This document shows positions 1 to 7,432 of a stretch of 64,000 nucleotides of DNA, piece after piece. Numbering within the stretch: the first letter of the stretch is position 1; each line of letters opens with the position of its first letter. The translations under genes and the position numbers were made by a program. A model generated the notes under the pieces. The model searched no databases and was not told the origin of the DNA. It saw only the letters and a program-made list of their open reading frames with translations. The stretch comes from Chloroflexota bacterium (lineage in GTDB: Bacteria > Chloroflexota > UBA11872): contig JAJDVX010000007.1 of the NCBI GenBank assembly GCA_022825895.1, forward strand, positions 2,960 through 66,959, read 5' to 3'.

Positions 1-1315
1 GCGGCAGCAGACTGCGGAGACCATCTTGCTGGTAGCCGACGACGCGCGAGGCTCCCATGCCGTGGGCCGCCAATTCCGCCTCCACGTCCAACGTGGTCTG
101 CTCAAGGGTCGCCGCCGAGTCGGCCGTCACGCCGATCACCACCGCGGTCCGCACGTATCGTTCGCGCGCCCGGAACGCTTCGTGCACGTTATCCAGATCC
201 TCTAGGCGCTGACGGGAGGCACGGACGGCCTCGGGGTTGACGTCGTCGCCATGCGCAACTTCGCCGAGCAACTCACGTTCGGTGCTGGATAGCCGCCGGC
301 GCACCTCGCGGTCGTCCACCGGGTTGATGAACAATGAGAGATCCAGGTCGTGCTTCAGCGTCGTGAACCAGCGCAGCCAACCGGCCGCCACCTCTCGGGG
401 ATAGCGACGGAGGACGAGGGCGCGCAGCCGGCGCGTGTCGGAGCCGGAGCCCTGAATGACCAGCTGGTCCGGCTTGACGACCACCCACTCGGGGAACGGG
501 TCGGCGAGATCAAACCCCACCCGCGTGACCGGCGGCGCATCGGTTGGAAATCGCATCGCGCCGTTCGACGGGGCGTTGGCCAGCGCGTGGCGTAGCCGAT
601 GGACGGACACTGGGGCCGCGCGAAACAGCCCTTCGACCAGGTCGGCCAGATCGAAGCCGTCCAGACGCCGGCTCGTCAGGCCGGCGCGCGCGAGCCCCTC
701 GCGAATCATCTGCAGCCGGCGGTCACCCATGCCGGGATCTTCCGGCTCACCGTCGCGCGCCGAACGTCGGGACCACCACGATCTGCGCGGTGCCGGCGCC
801 TCGTGCGCCACGAGCACAAAACAGCGCACCTGGCGAAGATGCCATCTGCCGTGCGCGGCCTCCACGGCTTGGGCGTACGTCGAGGGCCGCCCGGCCTCGC
901 CATCAGATCCACCACCCGGTACGCCCAGCAAGCGGCGGCGGCGATCCAGCTTGTGATCCCACGCGGCCGACCAGCGGCGGGTGACATCGTCCAGATAGTC
1001 CGACGGATCAAAGGCGCGGTTACGAAGCACGATTTGGATCGGACACGGGAGACTGGTCAGGAACTGGGCCAGGCCGGTGACCGCCGCCGTGATCTGGTCC
1101 TCCACCATGACCTCGAGGTTCAACGGCCGAATCTCAAGAACGCAGATCTGCGCCCCATCGGATCGCACGATGCCGTGCGGCCCGATCTCGCGGATGCCCA
1201 AGGGGATCTGAGCCGGCGCATTGGGGCGGGCGCCCTGTCCCTCCGCGTCCACGAGGCTGCGCGGTCGCCACACCCCGGCCGACCAATCATCGCGAAACAC
1301 GGAATCCCCATCCAT
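1..1315 (-). CDS. VirB4/TrsE-like conjugative transfer ATPase, N-terminal part (runs off the window start)
   Basis: Not in the ORF track because it is partial. Hand translation of the minus strand from ATG at 1315-1313 gives MDGDSVFRDDWSAGVWRPRSLVDAEGQ...IPLGIREIGPHGIVRSDGAQICVLEIRPLNLEVMVEDQITAAVTGLAQFLTSLPCPIQIVLRNRAFDPSDYLDD..., open to position 1. The pattern (test-peptide domain, then 'iqi' region) and its position after a PrgI-like gene match the N-terminus of VirB4-type ATPases. Confidence 0.55.
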   Translation of the reverse strand, partial: MDGDSVFRDDWSAGVWRPRSLVDAEGQGARPNAPAQIPLGIREIGPHGIVRSDGAQICVLEIRPLNLEVMVEDQITAAVTGLAQFLTSLPCPIQIVLRNRAFDPSDYLDDVTRRWSAAWDHKLDRRRRLLGVPGGGSDGEAGRPSTYAQAVEAAHGRWHLRQVRCFVLVAHEAPAPRRSWWSRRSARDGEPEDPGMGDRRLQMIREGLARAGLTSRRLDGFDLADLVEGLFRAAPVSVHRLRHALANAPSNGAMRFPTDAPPVTRVGFDLADPFPEWVVVKPDQLVIQGSGSDTRRLRALVLRRYPREVAAGWLRWFTTLKHDLDLSLFINPVDDREVRRRLSSTERELLGEVAHGDDVNPEAVRASRQRLEDLDNVHEAFRARERYVRTAVVIGVTADSAATLEQTTLDVEAELAAHGMGASRVVGYQQDGLRSLLP

Positions 1316-1727
1316 GGCGTGCAATGCTCGCGGGCTGCGGCGTCTTCAGATTGAGGCGATATAGCGGATCGGGCAGCGATGCCCGCCGTGCCCGCCTGAG
1401 CGGCTGGCGCTGGCGCTGGCGACCGAGCAGTCGTGGACCGGTCCAGTAGCGGGCCATGGCCAGCAGATAGCCGTCCAGGGGCACCTCATTGACCCGAATC
1501 CGCATGAGCGACCAGCCCAGGAGCACCGGTCCCGCAAGCGCGAGTCCGGCGAGTGGACCGATCCCGACCACGGGGACCAGCACGGCGAGCACCCCGACCT
1601 CGAGCGCGCCCAGCATCACCAGCCAGCAGATCTCGCGGCTCGTGAGGCGGAATCCGCCGAGCGGCCAGCGCGTCGGCACGCGCTCCAGGTCCTCGGGGAT
1701 TACAAACCGGGGCGTCGGCGTCGTCAC
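1287..1727 (-). CDS. PrgI-family-like conjugation membrane protein
   Basis: 146 aa. The N-terminal RFVIPEDLERV...GFRLTSREICWLV motif is followed by two hydrophobic helices. The gene overlaps the downstream VirB4-like gene. Confidence 0.5.
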   Translation of the reverse strand: MTTPTPRFVIPEDLERVPTRWPLGGFRLTSREICWLVMLGALEVGVLAVLVPVVGIGPLAGLALAGPVLLGWSLMRIRVNEVPLDGYLLAMARYWTGPRLLGRQRQRQPLRRARRASLPDPLYRLNLKTPQPASIARHGWGFRVSR

Positions 1728-2056
1728 GTCCGCCCGCCCAACGTGTTGACCAGGAATTCCACAGCGCCCTGTAGCAGCCCGAAATTGAAGGCCATGACCA
1801 GCCCGTAGATCAGCAAGGCCTGCATGGCAAAGCGCCGGGCATCAATCTGGGCCTCCACGCTGTTCGAAGTCCAGGCGGCGATGGCCTTCCAGCCGATGGC
1901 CGCCGCGACGACCAGGCTGGCGATCGCCGCCAGAAAGCCCTTCAGCGATTCGACAGCGAAGGTAATCGGGTCGGTCTGGGCAAATGCCGTCGCTGGGACC
2001 ATGGTCGCCAGGGCCGCCAGGGTTAGCGCCAGCAGGGCGCGTCGTCGCAAGGTCAT
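1724..2056 (-). CDS. VirB2/TrbC-like small secreted membrane protein (putative pilin)
   Basis: 110 aa. It has a signal peptide (MTLRRRALLALTLAALATMVPATAFA) and then two hydrophobic helices. It overlaps both neighbours by 4 nt. Confidence 0.4.
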   Translation of the reverse strand: MTLRRRALLALTLAALATMVPATAFAQTDPITFAVESLKGFLAAIASLVVAAAIGWKAIAAWTSNSVEAQIDARRFAMQALLIYGLVMAFNFGLLQGAVEFLVNTLGGRT

Positions 2057-3444
2057 GCCGGCATCTCACCTGCGCTGGAGGTTGACGTGGGGCCCGCCGT
2101 CGTACCGGCGCGCCGGAGGCCGCCGAGCACGCGCCGGACCAGCGCGCCGAGGCGGCGGCCGTCCCCATCCTGGCGGGGAATCCGGGGGTGCGTGAGGCCC
2201 AGCCGCTCGGCGAGATCATCGAAGGCCGCGCGGAAGGGCTCCAGTTCGTCGATCATCCAGCTGTGCGGGAGCTCGCCGCGGCTCTGCGCCACCGCGACAT
2301 ACGGGTAGGCATCGGGGATGGTTCCAATCACCGGCACTTCGAATCCCACGCCCTCCGCGATCACTCCGGCAATCTCGCCTAGCCGTCGGCGATCACTGGA
2401 TCGCACCCGATTGAACAGCAGGAAGAGTCGGTCCTCGGGCATGAACTCCGGGCCGACGTCACGTCGAATCATCGTGATGTCGCGGATGGCGTTCACCACG
2501 TCCGCCTGCGCCGGCGTCACCACGTACAGAATCCGGTCGGCCCGCGCCAACGGCTGGAACCGCCAGTGGCCGTACTCAGTCGGCAGGGTGACCACGACCG
2601 CTCCGTAGGGAAAGTCACGCGCGGTCATCAGCAGTTCCCGGATGAGATTCGGCTCCTCGTGATCGAAGCGCGTATTCCACTGCGCCGCCAGGTGGTCGTC
2701 GGCCAAGCCCACCATCAGGTGGAAGTTGCGAAAGCGCTGCAGTCCGGCCGCGAAGCCGTCGCGATTGGGCTGGCGCAGGAAAGCCGCCACGCCAGGGGCC
2801 GGATCAACTCCGCAGTAGGCGGCGAGGTCGTCTTTCGGATCGATGCCGACCAACAGCACGGGCACATTGCGTTCGGCAATGGCCCAGGCCAAGTTTGACG
2901 CGAGGGTGTCTTTGCCAATGCCGCCCTTTCGGGCGGTCACACACACGATGGATCGGCCAGCCGGCGGCACGGCCAACCGTTCCGCCAGGCGTTCCGCCGC
3001 AACCGTTTCCTGGTGCCGAGCTCGGCCCCGCGCCGCCCGGGCGGCTTCCCCAATCGCCAGCGTGCGCTTGAGGACCCGGCCGGCATCGATGGGGCGGACT
3101 ACCACCTCGGCCACGGCGGCCAGGCGCTCGAGCTCGTCGCCCAGTTCCTGGTCCCAGACTTCGATGAGCACCAGCGCCTGCCGGCCGAGGGCTTGGACGT
3201 CGGTCAGGAGTGCGACGAGGCCATTCCCGGCATCGTCCGGGAAGAGCTCGGCCCCGACGATTACCACGTCCGATTGACTGGCTGCCACGTGCGCGGCGGC
3301 ATCCGATCCGTCGGTCGTCAGGCCGGCCAGTTCTAATCGGCGCTTGCCGAGGCTGCGCATCGCCGTGCGCAATTCCTGGATCTCGGCCGACCGCAGGAGG
3401 CACATATGCACCCGAATCGGTAGAGCCGTTCCCTGCTCGCTCAC
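2053..3444 (-). CDS. ParA/MinD-superfamily (CpaE/TadZ-like) ATPase with N-terminal receiver-like domain
   Basis: 463 aa. The first ~130 aa have a receiver-like fold pattern. The deviant Walker A is ARKGGIGKDTLASNLA, followed by VLLVGIDPKDD. Confidence 0.65.
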   Translation of the reverse strand: MSEQGTALPIRVHMCLLRSAEIQELRTAMRSLGKRRLELAGLTTDGSDAAAHVAASQSDVVIVGAELFPDDAGNGLVALLTDVQALGRQALVLIEVWDQELGDELERLAAVAEVVVRPIDAGRVLKRTLAIGEAARAARGRARHQETVAAERLAERLAVPPAGRSIVCVTARKGGIGKDTLASNLAWAIAERNVPVLLVGIDPKDDLAAYCGVDPAPGVAAFLRQPNRDGFAAGLQRFRNFHLMVGLADDHLAAQWNTRFDHEEPNLIRELLMTARDFPYGAVVVTLPTEYGHWRFQPLARADRILYVVTPAQADVVNAIRDITMIRRDVGPEFMPEDRLFLLFNRVRSSDRRRLGEIAGVIAEGVGFEVPVIGTIPDAYPYVAVAQSRGELPHSWMIDELEPFRAAFDDLAERLGLTHPRIPRQDGDGRRLGALVRRVLGGLRRAGTTAGPTSTSSAGEMPA

Positions 3445-3726
3445 GGCGGTTGCGGGCTCCTCTGGTGACGCGAGGCGGCGGCGTCGGGGAGGCGCGACGC
3501 CGCCGCCGGCGTGGGGGTGCGCGCCGTCTGCGCGCTGGAGTCACGGTAGGCGCACGCGTCGCCCCGCGGTATCCAGGATTCCGTAAACGACGCCGGTCAG
3601 CGCCGACGCTCGGATGGTGGTCTGCCCGCGGATGGAACGCTCGACGCCCTGCCGGCGATGGGCCGGGTGGCCCAATGCCCGTGCCGATCACCCGTCGGAC
3701 GACCGCGCGACGAATCGCCGGCGACG

Positions 3727-4464
3727 CTAGCGCAGCAGACCCCGCCGGGCCGCGATGAGACAGGCCTCCGTGCGATTGCGCGCGCGGAGCTTTCGATAGA
3801 TCACCGTCAGGGCCTTGTCCACCGTGTTGACAGCCAGGTGCAACTCGGCGGCTATTTCGCGTGAGGTGAGGCCGCGTGCGCCGCCGCCAATAATCTGCAG
3901 CTCCCGCGCCGTGAGGTCGTCCAGCGGTGTTTCGGCGGTATCGGCGGCCGGCGCGCAGGCGTCAAGAAAGGCCTCACGCAGCGAGCGTCCGATGGTGAGG
4001 TGCCCGGCCGCCGCCGAACCCACCACGGCGCCCAACTCCGGGCTTGGCGCCGCGGCCGAAAGCAGGCCGTCGGGACGCGCGAGTACCGACGGCCACAGGC
4101 CGTCGCGGCTTCCGACGGCCAGGACGACCCGCGTCGCCGGACACTTCGTCCGGATGGCGGCGGTTCGCTGAAGGTCCCGTGCCGGCGCCGGGGCTTCGTC
4201 TGGCACCACAACGAGGACGTCGATCTGTGAACGGGCGCACCGCGCGACGGCGGCATCGGAACTCGGCACCGTCCCCACGACCTCAACAGCCAGCAGCCGA
4301 TCCAGCCGCTGCCGGATTCCGGCCGCTGTCCCGCGATCGGCCGCGAGCACCAGGACTCGGAGAGGCCGCCGTCCGCGGTTGGCGTCGGTGACGCCGACGT
4401 GCGCCGCACCCCCCGCCGACGGAAGTCCGGCAGACGCGCGCCCGGCTGGTCTGTGGTTTGACAT
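3727..4464 (-). CDS. LuxR/NarL-family response regulator
   Basis: C-terminal LuxR HTH (LTARELQIIGGGARGLTSREIAAELHLAVNTVDKALTVIYRKL) and a receiver-like segment LRVLVLAAD...IDVLVVV. The start is taken at MSNHRP (4464). The 116 aa further upstream in the track ORF look non-coding. Confidence 0.7.
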   Translation of the reverse strand: MSNHRPAGRASAGLPSAGGAAHVGVTDANRGRRPLRVLVLAADRGTAAGIRQRLDRLLAVEVVGTVPSSDAAVARCARSQIDVLVVVPDEAPAPARDLQRTAAIRTKCPATRVVLAVGSRDGLWPSVLARPDGLLSAAAPSPELGAVVGSAAAGHLTIGRSLREAFLDACAPAADTAETPLDDLTARELQIIGGGARGLTSREIAAELHLAVNTVDKALTVIYRKLRARNRTEACLIAARRGLLR

Positions 4465-4533
4465 GGCCGACCAGAACACTATGATGGCGGCCGAACATCG
4501 TAGTGACGGGCGGGAGGCCCTGTCAATACAATC

Positions 4534-4944
4534 GTGACGGACGATTACAATAGTGAGCCACCGGATGGGCAAGTCGCCGAAATGGCCCTCCGCATGCAGT
4601 ATCTCCTCGTCACTAATCGCAAGCCTGACGGCAGCGCCTACAGCATCGACGAGATGGCCCGCGGCACCGGCGTCTCGCGCTCCTACCTGCGCAACATGCT
4701 GGCCGGGCGCCAGGACAATCCCAGCCGCAAGGTCATTGCCGCGCTCGCCCGTTTTTTCGACGTGTCGCCCGTCTACTTCTTCGAGCCGACCGGCGACCAG
4801 GCGGCGGCCGGGCACGCGCCGGCGTCCGAAATGGACGTCGCCCTGCGATCGGCCGAGCAGCTCGGTCCGGAAGGCCGGCGAATCCTGCTGGACATGATCC
4901 GGCTCGCCCAGCGGATCACGGAGCAGCGCGACCCGCCGGCGTGA
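4534..4944 (+). CDS. XRE-family helix-turn-helix transcriptional regulator
   Basis: 136 aa. HTH segment YSIDEMARGTGVSRSYLRNMLAGRQDNPSRKVIAALARFFDVSPVYFF. GTG start. The gene is divergent from the LuxR gene. Confidence 0.75.
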   Translation: MTDDYNSEPPDGQVAEMALRMQYLLVTNRKPDGSAYSIDEMARGTGVSRSYLRNMLAGRQDNPSRKVIAALARFFDVSPVYFFEPTGDQAAAGHAPASEMDVALRSAEQLGPEGRRILLDMIRLAQRITEQRDPPA

Positions 4945-5432
4945 ACGCGTTGCTGGAAGCGCGGACGCTGCTGCGCCGGTTGGGACTCAGCGGCCGCCGA
5001 TTCACGCCTGAAGTTCTCCTCGAGCGCCTCGACTCGCGCCTGGGGATAGTCGTCGACGCCGTTCCCGATATCCGGCTGCCCGCCGGCGGAATCTCCGGTG
5101 CCTGCATCACGACCAACGGGTCCCACGTGGTGTTCTATCCGGCCGGTGCCTCCGATCGCCAGCAGCTGGCGGTCATCTGCCACGAGTGCGCCCACCTGCT
5201 CCTCAATCACCGCGCGCGATCCGTCGACGACGTCCTCACGGACACCGACCCACCGTCGCCGGCTGACGAACTCGCCGCCGAAGCTCTTGGGGCCGCCCTG
5301 GTCCACTTCGCCGAGCAGCCGGAGCGCTGGCCGACACGCATTCCGGGCACGCCGCCGTCCGGCGTCAGGTCGAGTGCATCCGCGGTCGGCCAGCGGCTTC
5401 GTCGGTACTTTCGGCCGGCCTCGCGGATCTGA
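4941..5432 (+). CDS. ImmA/IrrE-like zinc metallopeptidase
   Basis: 163 aa with an HExxH motif (ICHECAHLLLNH). Its start overlaps the XRE gene stop as GTGA, which is the classic XRE-ImmA pairing. Confidence 0.6.
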   Translation: MNALLEARTLLRRLGLSGRRFTPEVLLERLDSRLGIVVDAVPDIRLPAGGISGACITTNGSHVVFYPAGASDRQQLAVICHECAHLLLNHRARSVDDVLTDTDPPSPADELAAEALGAALVHFAEQPERWPTRIPGTPPSGVRSSASAVGQRLRRYFRPASRI

Positions 5433-5612
5433 CGTGGGGCGACGATGACGGAGTCGCCGCCGAGTCGCTACCCGCGGTCGTCTTGGCGGACGCGGCGGTG
5501 GATGTCGATAGTGACCCGTCCGCCGCATTCGAGACCGCCCGTCTCGGCAATGAGGTGGCGCCGCCGCCGTCCGGCCTGACGTCTCTCGATCAGCCTGGCG
5601 AACGACGCCGTC

Positions 5613-6863
5613 TCACCGCCCACCCCAACCTTCAACGACCCGTCGCAACGCGTTGAGCTCCGGCCAGGCTGGATACTCCGCAGCCAGCACGGCCAGAGCC
5701 CTCGATGCACGGTCGTGCGACAGGTCGCCGAGGTCGCTCGCTTGCGCGAGACGCAGAAAGCGATCGACGACTTTGAGCACCCGTGCGCCTCGATGGGTCG
5801 GCGCAGCCCACTTGGCTTCCCGCAGGACCACGAGGACGTCCGTCGGCACCCACACGGTGCGCGCCACGAGCGAGTGCACACTGCGCTGCTCCGCCGTCCC
5901 CGGGCCGCGGTCCGTCTCGGAGTCGCGATCGTCCTCCGGGTCGGTCATGGTGCGCACTGCCAACTCCGTGTGCAGCAGGGCCGCCGCCAGCCGTACGTGG
6001 GCCACCTCTTCGAATCCAGCGCCGAGACCCCGCGCCACCTGCTCCGATAGGGCAATGAGGGTCGTTCGCCAGCCGAGGTCGTATCCGGCCGCCGCATCCA
6101 GCTTCGTCTGCAGCGCAAAGGTTGCGGCGAAGGCCCGAATCTCGGTCGCCTCAATTTGGGCAGCCCAGCGCAGCCACGCGTCGGGCGGCGCCAACGCCAA
6201 CCAGAACAGCGCCGCGAATGCGAGCCGCAGGAGCGCGAGCCCCAGCATCGCCGCCTCGGGGGTGAATCCCGGGAGGCCGGCCTGCACGCCGAGGACCGCG
6301 ACGCCCTCGCCCACCACATGGACGAGGGCCGCCACGGACATCGCGTGGAGCAAGCGGAGTTGCAGTCGCTTCGGCAGCGATAACCCCACGCGATAGCGCG
6401 CACGGCCCACGTCGAGAAGCGCGCCCCAGACCATCGCGAAATATGCGAGATATAGCCCCTGACCACACCATTCCCGCCACGATGGCGCTGGATTCGGTCC
6501 CAGGATGGCGCCGTGGCCGGGGAGCCACCAAGCGAGCGCCCCGGCGCCGATGGCGCCGAACGCAAACGCCGGTCGCCAGCGTTCCCGGATGCCGAAGGTC
6601 GTGAACAGGAGGACGACCGCCAGCACGCCGGCCACCCGCAGCCACGCAGCCGCCAAGTGCCGGAAGTCCGCGGGAACCCCCGCATAGGTCAGCCACGGCC
6701 ACCCGACATCAATGCCGGCTCGCAGGGACCAGGCGCCGAAGCCGGCCACAGCCAGCCACTGGGCCGGGTCGCGCCACGCGGCCCGGCCGCGACGTGCGAG
6801 GCTCACGAGGCCGAGCACGCCGCAGGCCAGCAGGGGCACGTGGACCAGCGTCGCCAGAGACAT
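5613..6863 (-). CDS. Polytopic membrane protein with cytoplasmic C-terminal domain, function unknown
   Basis: There are about 9 hydrophobic helices in the first ~260 aa and then a soluble Ala/Leu/Arg-rich domain. The start is taken at MSLATLV (6863). Confidence 0.5.
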   Translation of the reverse strand: MSLATLVHVPLLACGVLGLVSLARRGRAAWRDPAQWLAVAGFGAWSLRAGIDVGWPWLTYAGVPADFRHLAAAWLRVAGVLAVVLLFTTFGIRERWRPAFAFGAIGAGALAWWLPGHGAILGPNPAPSWREWCGQGLYLAYFAMVWGALLDVGRARYRVGLSLPKRLQLRLLHAMSVAALVHVVGEGVAVLGVQAGLPGFTPEAAMLGLALLRLAFAALFWLALAPPDAWLRWAAQIEATEIRAFAATFALQTKLDAAAGYDLGWRTTLIALSEQVARGLGAGFEEVAHVRLAAALLHTELAVRTMTDPEDDRDSETDRGPGTAEQRSVHSLVARTVWVPTDVLVVLREAKWAAPTHRGARVLKVVDRFLRLAQASDLGDLSHDRASRALAVLAAEYPAWPELNALRRVVEGWGGR

Positions 6864-7432
6864 GACGTCCACGCGACTTAGACGGACGCGCGCCGCACGA
6901 CTCGACACCGGCCGGCAGCGCCGACGGTGGCGCCGGCCGCACCGGAACCTTCGCCACGTGCGCCCACGCTAGGCCGCCGGTGCGGCTGTCCGCGTCGGCA
7001 CGGCAGGCCCGCCGAGGCGACGACGGGACGCCGCGTCGGTTGTCAGGCACAGCCAATGCGGACACCGCGTCGCGCAACCTCGCATCGGTGACCCTCGTGG
7101 CCACTATTCGGGGCCTGTGGCGGCCAGCGTCACGTTCGGCGTCGCGCGCGCCGAGCGCCGCAGGCAACCGGCAGGCGTGAAGCGCCGACATCGCGTGCCC
7201 CAGCGGTGGCGGAAGCTACGCCCCACGATGCCGCACGAAGGATTACAGTACGATGACGGCCGCATACGTTCCGGTAACAGAACGGTGGCGGCTTGGCGAT
7301 CGGTCCGGGACTTCGGCGCCAGCGGGCAGCGCGCGATGCTCGACGGTCGATTCGCTGCCGGCACCGCCACGGGCCGGCGATCGATCATCCCTTGGCCGCC
7401 TCGAATTAACGACCCATAAGCGATTGAGTCCG

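Noticed and set aside
599-1354. 251-aa plus-strand ORF at the window start
   Set aside because: It is antisense to the hand-translated VirB4-like gene, whose sequence is far more protein-like and fits the PrgI context.
4465-4815. N-terminal 116-codon extension of the LuxR regulator ORF
   Set aside because: The extension overlaps the divergent XRE gene, and its sequence is not receiver-like. MSNHRP at 4464 gives a normal-length regulator. Similar extensions were trimmed at 7253-7432, 48512-48757, 53982-54212, 50642-50734 and 49441-49488.
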